From Cyanophora paradoxa CCMP329 (taxonomy: Eukaryota > Plantae > Glaucophyta), in NCBI GenBank assembly GCA_004431415.1, contig QPMI01000251.1, forward strand, positions 1-64,000: a stretch of 64,000 nt of DNA, read 5' to 3'. Shown here piece by piece: positions 11,821 to 24,336 of this stretch. Under the pieces are notes generated by a model that ran no database searches, was not told the origin of the DNA, and saw only the letters and a list, made by a program, of their open reading frames with translations. Positions within the stretch are counted from its first letter, which is position 1. Each line of letters starts with the position of its first letter. The position numbers and the translations under genes were made by a program.

Positions 11821-14802
11821 ATGGACCCCGGCGAGCGGGCCAGGCTGCTGGCCCGCCTCTCGCGGCTGCTGCACGCGGGCCACATCGACGCGGACGGGGA
11901 GGAAGCGGCGACAGCGCGCGCCGACCTCGAGGCGGCCGTCGCGGAGTGCGCTCTCACCTCGTGCCCGGCGCTCCTCGCAGCCTCACGCCGCGCGCAGGCA
12001 GCAGCCGGCCCGCGCGGTGGACGCGCTCATGCTGCTGATCGGCCGCGCGACGGGCTCCGGCGCCCCGGCGGTGCAGCGCGTCTGCGGGGCGCTGCTCGCC
12101 GGCTGCCTGGCGCGCCCGGGCGGCGTCCGCGCGCTCCTGGAGCACCTGCTCGGCGCCGCAGGCGAGGGTGCGGCGCACCCGCCCTCGCCGCCGGCGCGTG
12201 GCGGCCGAGCGCGGGGCGCAGGGGACGAGGAGGCCTTCCGGCGGGCGGCACGCGCCATCGCCTCGCCGCCGCCGCAGGCCGCCGACCCTGACGTGCGCCC
12301 CGACCCGGGCCCCGCGCCCCGCGCCGGCGCCGGCGCCGCTGAGGTGCGACAGGCGTACCTGGGCCCCGCGCCGGCGCCGCTGAGGTGCGACAGGCGTACC
12401 TGGGCCCCGTCTGCGGGCAGCTCGCCGAGCTGCTGGCGGCGGAGGGGTCGGGCCGCACCCTCGCCCGCGGCGCGGCGGCGGCGGCGCACGCGGTGACGGC
12501 GCGGTCGCCGGGGCGCGCGCAGCGGCTGCTCGTGCGGCCGCTGCTGGCGCCGCTGCTCGCCGAGCCGGCGCCGGGGGCGGAGGAAGAGGCCGAGCGCGCC
12601 GCCGGCGGCAGCCTGCGCGCCCTCGAGGCCCTCCTCGCCCGCCACGCCGCGCCCCCAACCCTCTTCCCCCTCGCCGGCCCTGGTCCGCGCCCCGCGCGCC
12701 CGCCCCCGCCCCGCCCCGCCCGCCCGACGCCGGCCGGCAGCGTACCCCGCCCTCCTGGGGCTGCTGGCGGACTCGGAGGGGCGGCGTGGGGCCTCGAGGC
12801 CCGCCGCGCCGCCCGCGCGGTCCTCACCGCCGCCCTCGCCGCCGCCGACCCCGACGCCCCTCCGGCCGCCCCGGGCGGCCCCGGCCCCTCGTCCCGCCGA
12901 GGCCCTCGCGTGGGCCGGCCCCGGCGGTGGCCCCGCCCCGACCGGCTTCGCCGCGGGCCCCTCCGGCGGCGCCGTGCCGCGGCGCCTGCCCGAGGGGACG
13001 AAGGGCGCGCCGCCGCCCGCCCGCCCTCTGCTCCGGCCGCTGAGCGCGCCGCAGGGAGGCGGAGCGGTGGGCGCGGCGCGGGGCGGCCCTCGGGGCGCTG
13101 GCGGGGCGGAGGGCGTGCCGCCGGCGGTCGCCGCGGAGCTCTTCCTCGCCGCCCTCGCCGCCGCCCCGCGCGGGCCCGACGAGCCCGTCCCGTGCGCCCC
13201 GCCCTCCCGGCGTGCGCCTCTGGCCGCCGACGCCGGCGCCGGCGCAGGCCGCGCGCGGCGGGCGCCCTCGCGCTGCTCGCGGCGCTCGCCGAGGCGGGGG
13301 CCCCGCGGGGCCGGCCGCCTTCCTCCTCGCCCGGGCCGCGGCGCCGTCGGCCGCGCGGCGCGCCTCCTGGCAGCGCTGCTCGAGCGGGAGGGGGCGGGGC
13401 GGGGAGGGCCCCGCGCCCCTCGCCCTCGCCCTCGCGGGGCCCTCCTCTCGGGCCTCGTGCCCGGGCCCGGCCGCCCGCCCCCGGCGCCCGCTGACCGCGC
13501 CGCCCTCGACGCCCTCGTGCCACCCCTCCGCGCCCTCTCCCTCCACCCCAGGCCCGCCCCGCCCCGCCCGCCCCGCCCCGCCCCGACCCGCGCGCGCAGC
13601 CCGGACGTCGCCGCCGCGGCGTCGGCCGCCCGCGCCGCCCTCGCCGCCCTCCGCGGGCCCCTCGGAGGCCCTGGGGCGCGCGGGCCCCGGCGGCCCGGGG
13701 GCGAGCTCGCGGAGGCGATCGCGGACCTGACGCGGGCCGATGCGGCGCCGCCGGAGCGGGCGGCCGGCGCGGGGCCGTGCGGCGCCTCGCCCAGGCGGGG
13801 ACGCGCGCCTGCGGGCTGACCCCGGGCCCGCCCTCGCCGCCCTCCTCTGCGCCCTCCCGCGACCCCGACAGGCCCGCCCGCCCCGCTCCCGCCCCTCCCG
13901 CCCCCGGGGCGCCTGACGGGCGGCGGGGGCAGCTTCGCGTACCTGCACGCGGTGCGGGCGCTGGGCGCCCTCGCCGCCTGCTGCCCCGCCGCCGCCCTTC
14001 CGCCCCTCGCCGCCGCCACCGCCGACCCCTCCCGCCCCTTCCCCGTGCGGGCCGCGGTGCGCGGTGCGCGGGGCGCGGGGCGTGGGGCGCGGGGCGCGTC
14101 GGGCCGGCGCGACGGGTGCGGCGGCAGCTGACGGAGGCGCTGGTGGACGCCGCGCGGCGCCTCGGGCCTCTCCTCACGCCCCACGGTGCCCCACCCCGCC
14201 CCCGCCCGCCGCGCTGTCGGGCGGACGCGGGACGCAGCGGCGTGCGCGGTGCTGGCGCTGCTCGAGGGGACGCGGGACGGCGACGCCGGCGTGCGGGCCT
14301 CGAGCGCCTCGTGGGCACCCCGCCCCGCCCGCCCGCCCCCGCCGGCGCGGCCGCGAGCGGGCGGCAGGGCGCTGGGGAGGTACTGCTGGCGCTGGGGCAC
14401 GGGGCGTGGCCCTTCTACGGGACGTGCTCCCCGCCGTCCTCGCCCTCGCCGCCGACGCGAGCCCCGAGGCGCGCCGCGGCGGTCTCCGCGCCCTCGCCGC
14501 CGCCTTCGAGGCCCTCGGCGGGGAGGCCCTCGCGGGGCCCTCGCCCTCGCGGGGGCGCGGGCCCCGGGGCGGGGCGGCCTCCCCGCGGAGCTCGTGCGGG
14601 ACGCCCGCCGCGCCCTCGCCCGCGCCGCCGACGACCCCGCCGCCGACCCCTCACCCGCTCCCACGCCGCCGCCGCCCTCGCCGCCCTCGCCGACGCCGTG
14701 CGCGCCGCCCTCGGCGGGCAGCCCGCCCTCGAGATCCGCATGCCCGGCACCGCCGGCCCCGCCGCCCGCTGGCGCCTCGGCCCCACCCAACTGAGGGGCT
14801 AG
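11821..14802 (+). CDS. TANGO6: TANGO6 / Rtp1, copy 2 (may be a pseudogene)
   Basis: Colinear, highly similar copy of 1689-4639 with the same C-terminus (RWRLGPTQLRG*). It carries an extra ~39-bp duplication around 12330-12410. Confidence 0.65.
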
Positions 14803-15059
14803 AGATACGTATACTCGACACCCCGTTACAGAAACGTGAGCTCAATCAATTGCAAGTCCGCTGCAGGTCCCGGCCGCTGCAAGTCCCGGCCCGGACCTGG
14901 AGTCCGGTCCTAGCTAGCGCTAGATAGGGTGCCAGCGCTGGTCATGGGGAACCCGCGCCTGGGATCTCCGCTGCAGGGCGGGCGGGGCGGGTCGGCGCCG
15001 GGGCTCAGCGGCTTGATCATGATGTTTTCAGGCTTTTAAATTTCAGCTGATCACAAGGT

Positions 15060-16356
15060 TTAGCTATCGATCGTTTGAATGATGGCACTGATGTGTTGAA
15101 GAACGGATTGCACATTTGTTAGGGCTGAGTCACTTAGAGGTTCAAGAGGGGCAAGATCGAAAAACTGCCTCAGCATTAACGATCATGACTAGTCAAGGAA
15201 GGAATCCACACTTGCTCACCAGAGTTTTTGAGATGCAAACAGAAGCGCTCCCATCATGTGCCTTCTCGAGCTTGACGAAAATCCACATGTAGGCACATGA
15301 TACGGCTCCGTACATGACTTCCCCACTCTGTTCAATTGCAAGTCAAAGGCGCCGCAGCTCCAAAAACCCTCTACGCATTCCGAGGCAAACCTTGCACGAA
15401 AAATACAGCTGACCCAGTAAACGAGGAAGGCTGTTGTACAAGTCGCTCTTCAGTGCTCCGTGCACGTGAATGTATACTCGCTGAGAGTTTGTCAATACGT
15501 ATATACAGATTCATCAAGAGCCAATTGCAACATGCAGATGTACACAAAGCAGGCGCACATGTCTCCGAATATATACATTTGAATCGGTAGCAACAAGCTG
15601 GAATGCGAAGTCCGTCTCTTCTTTGATGCAGATTCGATCTTGATGATTCGAGACAACCAGCCTGCAATGGCTCTGTTATTGTAAGTCTTTCTTTTACTCT
15701 TTATTGTTATATGGAATCCCTCAATTCCTCTGCTTGATCACGAGATTGGGTTTTTCTTTTACTCTTTATTGTTATATGGAATCCCTAAATTCATCTGCTC
15801 GATCGCAAGATTGGGTTGAACTTTGACTAAGACATTCCACAATAAAGCCTAGATTTACCTTTGATACACATGAGGGTCTAGGGTTAGATTTTGATCTCAG
15901 GGGCGAGCTCAAGGCAGTCGGGGATTCGAACCTCTTCAGAATACAGGCAATAAAATTCCTCTGCTCCGCCTCGTTTGCGGCAATGGGAGAGCCGTATGCT
16001 ATTGCACAATCCTGCAGACAAAAGAAAATCAAAGCATAGCTTTAGAAAGAGCATATTTACATATATACCTGGAGATCGTCGACCACTTCTTTCAAAAGAG
16101 CATCCGGTATCTGAACATGATCAACATGAGGGAAAAATGGGTTTGTCCTTTTCGGCCCAGTCATAGCGGAGAAACCACACAAGGTGGCGACGTCTTCAAG
16201 TGATAAATTCGAATGCGTCTCTAAATCTGCTGCCTGCGATCGCGAAACGAAGTTGCATGAAATCTTAAAAGCTTTGCGATCAACGAATATGTAGCAGCGC
16301 ACATCATGATCATGATCATCAACACCGAGTTCACCCTTCAGTTCGAATTCCTTCAT
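15060..16356 (-). CDS. Crinkler-type (CR-REase-like, PD-(D/E)XK fold) protein, multi-exon, low GC; 5' end uncertain
   Basis: Spliced product: ...IPDALLKEVVDDLQ|DCAIAYGSPIAANEAEQRNFIACILKR|LVVSNHQDRICIKEETDFAFQLVATDSNVYIRRH|RVYIHVHGALKSDLYNSLPRLLGQLYFSCK|SGEVMYGAVSCAYMWIFVKLEK...VQSVLQHISAIIQTIDS*. The NEA..R.FI..IL and MYG.VS....W.F.KL motifs are characteristic of CRN-associated restriction-endonuclease-fold domains. Confidence 0.55.
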
Positions 16357-16613
16357 CACATGAAGTCCAGCCTGTCCAGCCTGTGTTTTGAGGTTGGCGT
16401 TGGACTTGCAATTGGACGGGGTTGCAAACGGCAAAACGTGAACCTCGCTTGCTCTTCTCCAGGCCGGCGAAAGGGATACCCTGGACCGCAAATGTGTGTA
16501 CAACGGCCGCGAGATCGACTTCAAATTTGTAGGTGTTGCAATTGAATGCGCATGCGCAACTGCGGCGCCGGTTCGAGCTCGCGCTGCTCTAGATCTCGAA
16601 TCCTGCCGCCGTC

Positions 16614-16802
16614 CGCGAGCATCGAATTGACGAATCAATCGAGCTGCTGGTGTGATGAGGAATGCAAACCAAATGTTGGTGCGGCTGCCGTCACCGCGCG
16701 CGCACCGAATGTACATGCTGGTGCGGCTGCCGTCCGCGCATCGAATGTTGATGCGGCTGGTTTGGCTAGGGCTGAGAAGCTCACACAAGCAGCCTTCATG
16801 CT
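16614..16802. repeat. Dispersed ~180-bp element, copy 1
   Basis: gcgagcatcgaa(t/c)tgacgaat...tgaggaatgcaaacca(a/g)atgttggtgcggctgccgt...caagcagccttcatgctc is shared with 19777-19951. Confidence 0.8.
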
Positions 16803-17321
16803 CAAGGCCTTCGAGCGCCGACGCAAGTCTAGATGTCCTGTAGCGGCCTGGCCGGGCAGGCTGTACCCCCCCCGCTCACTGGCTGCCTGGCAGCTGGACA
16901 TGTACAGGAGCGCTATAGCTAGCTACGTATACAGCTGTTTGGGGGTCGTCCGGCCGCGCGCGGGGTCGTCCGGACGTGCAGCTGCGCATGCAGCGCACTT
17001 CCGGAGAGCTTTAGAAGCCTTGAAGCGAGTCTCGATCGAGCTCGGTCTCGCCGGCGCCACCTACTAGGCTGGCGTCCCGGGACCCTTTCCAACGGCCCCC
17101 GGGCCCCGGCCCAGGGCGGCCGGCCTCGGCCGCCCCGCCACCAGGCCCCGAAGACCCAGCTGCAGGTACTTATACAGGCCTCAGTTCATGATCAGGTCTC
17201 GAGCTCGCGAGTCTCAGAACAAGCCTTTTAAAGCGCGGATTGATCTCTGCAATTTAGACTGCAACTGGTGTTCTGATAGAGCACTGGGACAACTGACGAA
17301 TATGGACGCAAGACTATAGAT

Positions 17322-17958
17322 CTAGAGGTAGCAGCGCACGTTAAGCTGCCGCGCCAGCGCTTGCCTGCGCACCGAGTCGGGAACGGCCGGTCCAAAGTGC
17401 TGTTGCTGGTGCGCGGGGCCAAAGTAGTACGCAAGCCACGCATTCAGCTGTTGAGTGTTAAGCGCAAGGAGCTCCTGGCCGAGCCATTGGAACTGGGGGG
17501 GGGGGGGGGGGGGGGGGCCTAGTGTAATCGGTGGCAGCTGGGGGAGCGGGTCGCCCGCCTGGTTGCGGACGGGGCGGAAAGGAAGGAAAACGCCGTCGCC
17601 GCAGGTGGCGTTCCAGTTCCGATTGGCCTGCGCAACGGGCTTGAGGCCGTGATGGATTCGATGATCCTGGCACACGCGCACGTCCTGCTGCAGCTGCAAA
17701 AGCTGCCCCTGGATGTCCTGCAGCTGGGCAGGGACCTGCGTGGGTGCTCGTCGAACGTTACCAGCAGCGGCCCGGGAATCAAAAGAAGAGTACGGACGTT
17801 CAACAAGCCTTGCAGCGCTGCGGCCAGCTGCGGGGTGGAATTTGCGAGGGAAGCGGAGCCCTGCGAGATCTGATCGAGCGCATTGATCGCCGCATGAAAG
17901 GCCGCGGCGCTGGCGCCGGGGCAGGTCCCGGGGCTGGCGCCGGCGCCGGCGCTGCCAT
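17322..17958 (-). CDS. Mug135_C / DUF1773-like protein, copy 2, with a poly-Pro insertion
   Basis: Paralog of 5161-5762 with the same intron. It has an in-frame insertion (LGPPPPPPPQFQWL) derived from a long G run at about 17495-17517. Confidence 0.6.
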
Positions 17959-19061
17959 CGATATCTGAAGACTGGCGCACCCGCGCGTGCTTGTTGCGGG
18001 TTGCGTTCGAGCCCAAGTCGCTCGCGGGCCGCTTCGCGCGCCTGTCTCGCATGCGTGTCGATTTGTGCAGCTTCGCTGACTCCTGAGCTGGCTGGCGTCA
18101 GGTACAACGAGCGCTGTAGTTATGAAGATCTGGCCATGCGGCGAAGATGCGGCGAACGAGCTGAAGTTGGATTTGAACCTCGGGAAGCCGGTTGCGGGAG
18201 CTCCTGCTAGGCTAGACCGAGGAGGCGAAGTAAAAGCTGCACGCGCTATTGGACAAACCACGTTACGCACCGAAGCGGCACCGGCGCCGCACCGACGCTA
18301 GCTACAATTGCAACGCGCGGCACCGTTGGTGGACGTGGGAGAGTGTACCCTCCGGACGTTCACCTGGGAATCAAATCACCCTCGAGCTCAGCATTGTATC
18401 GCCGTGAAGCACGCCGGCGCTCACCGCGCACCCGATGAGCGATGCTCTGAGATCTGCAGCACTACGAGTCGAGCTGCGCGCGGCGAACGAGCTGGAGTTG
18501 GATATCGATGTGAACCGGTCGTGGGAGGTGCTGCTCGCGATCGGCTAGACCAAGCTGGAGACGCCAGGCGATCCACAGCGCTAGCCGCGGCGAGCTACCA
18601 GCGAGTGGCAACTACCCGATGGCAGCGACGCACCGACGCGGCACCGTTAACGTTAGGCCGGCCGCGGGGGTACAAGAGTACAAGACAAGACCTTCATTCA
18701 ATCGATTAATATCATAGTATTGAGGCAGCGCTAGCAGTGTTGTCCATCCTTGATCATCTAGATCTAGACCTAACAAAAGCTCAGAGGTCAGGTGGCAGGA
18801 CCCCAATCTTGCACGCGGCGAGGAGGCCATAAAGCTGACTCAGTGAGCTGGCTGAGCTCGAGGCGGAATTCGGTGGTGTTTGTTTGTGCAGATGCATCAG
18901 ATCGATAGTATGGCATGGTCAGTAGCGAATTGGTGCTGGCACTGCGGCATTCGATGAGAAAGTTGTCCATTTCAGAGCCTTCTCAGGTGGAGCCGCGGTG
19001 AACGGAAATCGTCCAGCTCAATGGTGTCCTTGAAGACCATCCCACCCGGTTGTACCCCCCT

Positions 19062-19520
19062 TCATGGCCGCTTACTGAGGAACATGGCCTGCTGGCGCTG
19101 GTTCAGGAGGTGGAGAACGTCCTTATTCTTCACTCGCACGACCACATTTGAGAACTGCACATTTGCCATGTTGCCGCGTAGAGTCAGCACACATGTACAA
19201 AAGAATGTGTAACATTTACAATTATAGCTACCCAAGTGACAATGAACTCGTTCTTTGGATACTCCGGAATCTTGACATTTGTCATGAGATTGCGGACCTC
19301 TGTGTCGGCCGGAAGGGGAACCTGTGGCGCATATGAATGGGAAAGAAGAGAAAACAACGAGCTGCAGCGCTAGTACCTTTTCGTCCTTTCTATTCACGAA
19401 GGAGAGGGACATTGTATCCTCACTGATGCGTTTGATGACCATCCGGACGTCATCGTTCACAAAGACGAAGTTGGTGCTCTCGTTGTTGTAGGAAACAGAG
19501 CCAGCCCAGAAAAGATCTCT
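19062..19520 (-). CDS. Hypothetical spliced protein (boundaries uncertain)
   Basis: Exon-like segments DLFWAGSVSYNNESTNFVFVNDDVRMVIKRISEDTMSLSFVNRKDEK | VPLPADTEVRNLMTNVKIPEYPKNEFIVTW | ...TLRGNMANVQFSNVVVRVKNKDVLHLL, separated by GT...AG introns. No family recognised. Confidence 0.4.
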   Translation of the reverse strand, partial: RDLFWAGSVSYNNESTNFVFVNDDVRMVIKRISEDTMSLSFVNRKDEKVLALQLVVFSSFPFICATGSPSGRHRGPQSHDKCQDSGVSKERVHCHLGSYNCKCYTFFCTCVLTLRGNMANVQFSNVVVRVKNKDVLHLLNQRQQAMFLSKRP

Positions 19521-19776
19521 AGAGCAGCATCAGAAGAGAGCTCGAGGCGACGCTCTACAGCTGTCGTGCGCGCAATCGACGTCGACGTACGATGAAGTGT
19601 AGATCTGCGGCTGCAGCGCTAGCTGGCCACCTAGGCCTGCATGCGCAGCTGCTCACACGGCTGTCAAGGGGGAGGATGTCGAAGGTGCTGCATGGACCAA
19701 GGAAGCACCTTCGAACCTAACCGAGGGCGAGGGCGAAGCTGCGGCGCCGGCCGCGGCTAGCGCTATCGCACGCCGG

Positions 19777-19951
19777 CCGCGAGCATCGAACTGACGAATT
19801 AATCGAGCTGCCGGTAGAATGAGGAATGCAAACCAGATGTTGGTGCGGCTGCCGTGACCGCGCGCGCACCGTTTGTTGATGCGGCTGCCGTCCGCGCACT
19901 GACCTGTGAAAGTAGGTTTGCTGAGAGGCTCGAACAAGCAGCCTTCATGCT
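19777..19951. repeat. Dispersed ~180-bp element, copy 2
   Basis: Similar to 16614-16802. Confidence 0.8.
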
Positions 19952-20179
19952 CCAGTCAGCCTCGGGTCGACGTCGACAGGAGCTACGCCTCCGGCGCCGG
20001 CTCCCTTGCGTTGCCGGTCCTCTTGTATCGATATCCCCCCCGCTCCAATCCCCACCCGCGGCTAGTCACTGAGTGGCGGCTAGTTGCGCTGTCTGGTCGC
20101 TTAACAGCGATGCACAGCAGCAGTACATGCTCTAGCCGCGCGACTCCCGGCCGCCGCTGAGTAGGGCGGCGCTCCTGCG

Positions 20180-23100
20180 ATGGCGCTGGACGACGACGCG
20201 GACCTGCGGCGCGCCTTGGCGGCGCAGAAGGGGCTCTTCGCGCCGGACACGGCCGTCCTCAAGTGAGCGGCTCGCGCTGCCGCCCGCGGCACGACGCTGC
20301 CAACTCTTGTACTATCGAACTATCATGTACGAACTCATGTAAGATCATGTGCAGGGTGATGGAGGTGCAGAGGGCGGGGAGGAAGCGTGCGCAGGCGGCG
20401 GAGGCGCAGTTCCTGTGCGTTGCGGCCGCGGGCCCGAAGAAGCGGCGGAAGGGCCGCCTGCACCGCCTCGTCCGCTCCAACAAGGGGACCTTCGGCGAGC
20501 CACTCCCTGCGGCCCGTTCCCGCGCCCTCACGCCGCGGCAGAGGTCACGGCGTCGTACAAGCTGGAGGATCTGAGGCGCGCGCCGCGCGCCGCGGGGCGG
20601 CGCCGCGGGGCCGACGGGGCGGGCGCAGGGCGATCGAGGAGGCGGGGCGGGAGGGCGCGGGGCTGGTCCTGCGCGTGGGGAAGACGAGCCTCGCGCTGGA
20701 GGCGCCCTCGCCGGAGCAGAAGCGCGGCTTCGCGTGGGCGCTCCTCGCCGCCTGCGAGTCGCTCCTCCCCGGGGGCGAAGGCGAGGCCCGCGCCTCGTCG
20801 GCTTCGACCGCGCGCAGCTCGCCCAGGCCGCCGCCGCAGCCGCCGCCCCGCGCTCCAGTTCCGCCCCGCCGGCGCCGCCGCGGGGCCCGAGGAGGGGGCC
20901 CGGGGGCGGGCGGGGCGCTGCTGACGGAGGCGGAGGAGGCGCTGCTGCTCGGCGTGCTGCGCCGCTGCGGCCTCGGCCCGCGCAGCCCGACGCCCTCGCC
21001 CGGCCCTCGCCCGCCTCGCCGCCCGCGCCGAGGCGGCACGCCCGCCCGCCGGCCGCCGCGGCGCGTGTGACGGGGCCCCGGCAGGCGAACACGCGGGCGC
21101 TGCTGCGGGCCGGGGAGGAGGCGGGGCGCCTCGCGGACGCCTTCGCCGCCGCGGGGCCGCCGCCGACGCCGCCGGCGACTGGTGGGCGGAGCACGCGGGC
21201 CCCCTCGCCGTGCGCCCGCCCGCCCGGCCCGGGCCGCGCGGCGTGTCGGGCGGGGCGAGCGGGGCCGGCAGGCGGTGCGGGGGCGGTGGAGGCTCTGGAG
21301 GCGCGGCACGTGCGGCTCGGCGCGCTGCACCGCAACGCGGCGGCCGCCGCCGACGCCCTCGCCGCCGCCCTCGACGCCGCCGCCCTCGACGAGCGCGCCG
21401 CGTCCCTCCTCCGCGAGGGCGCGCCCCGCCCCCGCGCTCGCCGGCCGGCCCCGCGCGAGGCGGGCCGGGCTCGCGCAGGGGACCTCGAGGCGGAGGCGGA
21501 GGAGATCGCCGCCGCCGCGCGCGCCCTCGCCCGCCCCCCGAGCCGGCCCCGCCGGCCGCCCTCGCGGGACGGCCCTCGGCGGGAGCGCGAGGCGCGGGCG
21601 GGGGCGCTGCTGGCGGAGCTCGCGGCGCGCTTCGCCGCCCGCGCCCGCCGCACCTTCACCGAGCGGGCCCGCCGCCCCGCCCCCGCCCCGCCCCGCCCCG
21701 CCCCGCCCCGCCTCTGTGCCGGGCGCGACGGGGCGGCAGGTGGCGCGGGCGGCGGGGGCCTCGGGAGGGCGAGCGGGCGCGGCCGGTGGCGGGGCCCAAG
21801 GGTCTCCGCGAGCACGCGGCGCTGCACGCGGCGCTCCTGCCCTCGCCCCCGTCGCCGCCGCCGCCCGCGCCGCCGACCCGCGCGGCGCCGCCCGCCTCCT
21901 CGACGAGTACGCCGCCGCCGTGCAGGCGCGCCCGGGGCCCGCCGGCCATCGCCGCCGCCGCGCCTGCGCTCACACGGGCGCAGCGGCTGTACCGGCTCGA
22001 GGTGCCGGCGCTGCTGCGGGACCTCCGGCGGACCGCCAAGGAGGCGCCCCCGCCGCCTCCCTCCTCCGTGCCCGCCCCGCCCCGCCCCGCCCGCGCCCCG
22101 CCGGCCGCCCTGAGCGGGGCGGGGGCAGTGGGGAGGGCGGGGCGAGCGCGCGGCGGGGGCGCGGGCGGTGGAGGAGGCGGCGGGGGCGGCGGTGGGGGCC
22201 CTCGCGGCGGCCCTCTGCGCCGAGGAGCGCTTCATCGCCGCCTTCTTCCTCGCCCCCGCCGAGCCGGAGGCCGAGGCCGCGCCCGAGGCCGGCGGCCGCG
22301 AGGCCGGCGCCCTCCCCGAGCGGCGCGTGGGCGCGGGGCCGGGAGGCGGGCGGGGGGCGGCGGGCGGGGCTGAGGGGCCGCGCGGCGCAGGGAGGAGGGG
22401 GCGCTGCGGGGGCGATGGAGGCGGCCTTCGAGGGGGCCCCAACGCCCTCCAGGCCGCCGTCGACGCCGCCGCCGCCGCCTGCCCCGCGTGCCCCGGCCCC
22501 GCGCCCCCGCCCGCCGCCGCCGGCCGCCGAGGCGCGCGCAGGGCGGCGGTGCGGGTGGCGGCGGAGGCGGGGCGGGCCCTTGGGCGGCACGGGGGCCCCG
22601 CGGGGAGCTACGCGCGGCGGCTCCTCGGGAGGCGGCGGAGCGGGCGCGGCGCTCGCTGGAGGCGTACGCGGAGGAGCAGGCGGCGGCGCTCGCCGCGCAC
22701 AAGGCCGCCCCGCGCCGCGGGCCCTCGAGCCCGTCGCCCGCTTCCCCGCGGCCGCCGAGGAGCTCGAGGCGGCGGGGCGCGGGGGCGGGGAGGCGGCGCG
22801 GGCGGCGCTCGAGGCGGCGTGGGGCGCGCTGGGGCGCGGCCTCGAGGCGGCCGTCGAGCGCGCCGCCGCCGCTGAGCCCAAGCACGCCGACGCCGCCCGC
22901 CTCGGTGCCCCCGCCCCGCCCCACCCGCCCGCGCCCGGGCGAGGGCGAGGTGGGGGTGGGGCAGAGAACTACGGGCCGCTGGCGGCGCGCCTGGGGCCGC
23001 TGGCCGCCGAGAGCGGCTCGCCGGCGCTCGGCGCCCTCGCCGAGCGCGCCCGCACCCTCCACGACGAGGCGCGCCCCCGCCCGGCCCGGCCCGGCCCTGC

Positions 23101-23730
23101 CCGCCCGGCCCGGCCGAGCGACGGGCAGGCGCGGGGGCGCTACATCGACCGGCTGCTGGCGGACGCCCTCCCCGAGTTCTCCGTGCGCCCCCCGCCCCCG
23201 CCCCCGCCCCCGCCCCGCCCCGCGCTGAGGCGGGCAGGCCTTCGCGGGGGCGGCGGAGGCGGCCCTCGCCGCCGGCTCCCTCGCCTCCCCCGCCGAGCTC
23301 CAGTACCAGGCGCCCGCCCCGCCCCGCCCAAGGCCCCGGCCCGGCCCGGGCGAGCGAGCGGGCGAGCGAGCGGGCGGGGCGCAGGCGGCGACCTCGAAGG
23401 CCGCCCTCCGCCGCGTCCGCGAGGCCCTCCGCTCCGTGCCGCCCCCGCCCCCGCCCCCGCCGTTGCCGCCGGCGAGCCGGGCGGGGGCGGCAGTACGAGA
23501 AGGGGGTGGAGGGGGCGGCGAAGCGGGCGGCGCGGCACCTGTCGGGGGGGGCCGGGGGCCTGCTGGCGGGGGTGTGGGAGGCGCTGGGGGCGACCCTCGA
23601 GGCGCGCTACCGCCGCTTCGAGCAGCTCGTCGTCCAGTGCTACGGCCTCGCCGAGCGGCCCCCCGAGCCCCCCGACCCCGCCGCCCTCCGCGCCGCCTGC
23701 GCCCGCGCCTACGCCCGCCTCTCCCCGTAG
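20180..23730 (+). CDS. SEC3: Exocyst complex component Sec3 / EXOC1, multi-exon
   Basis: The N-terminal PH-like PIP2-binding domain reads FLCVAAAGPKKRRKGRLHRLVRSNKGTF..VTASYKLEDLRAIE...LALEAPSPEQKRGFAWALL. The C-terminal Sec3 signature reads ENYGPL...AAKRAARHLS....LLAGVWEALGATLEARYRRFEQLVVQCYG. Stop at 23728-23730. Confidence 0.85.
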
Positions 23731-24336
23731 CCCGGCCCCCTCGACCCCCCAAATCAAACAGACCGTCGACGTCTCTCGTCGCCCAGCACACTTCTCATCG
23801 CTAAGGCCCCCGCGGTCGGGCCCCGACCCGCGGCGGCCGGCGCATCTCAAGCTCCGCGGGAGCATGGAAACTTGAAACTTGCATGAAAGCTTCACACTGT
23901 ACACTGTGGAGCTGCGCAGCTCCACAGTGTACTTCGAGGCATGTACTGTTCGTGTACTTCGAGACTGTTCGTGTACTAGAGGCTCTGAGGTGGGGCTCAA
24001 GCGGGCTCGAGCCGGCAATTTGCGATTATCCTGGCCCATGCATGCAAGTACTGGGTTGTATGTATGAGGAGCTGGCGCTGTGCATGGTCGCTGAGCCACC
24101 AGCTATAGCTGAATTCGAATGCACTGCGGCACGCGCATGCACGCATCTACGCGTGCTTCTACGCCAAAAGGGGGACGTTCAGGGGCACGGGGGGTACATG
24201 GGGGAAGTTGAGGGGCAGGGGGGGCGCCAACGGGGGCGCGGTCGCTTCGGCCTCGGCCCCGGCGCGGCCGAGGGCGCCGGCGGAAGGCGCAGGGGGTACG
24301 CGCACTTCGGACTCCCTCCGCTGCTTGAGCGCGTTC

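Noticed and set aside
17480-17526. CACTA transposon end within Mug135-like copy 2
   Set aside because: Only a 5-bp match beside a G run, with no partner terminal repeat or target-site duplication.
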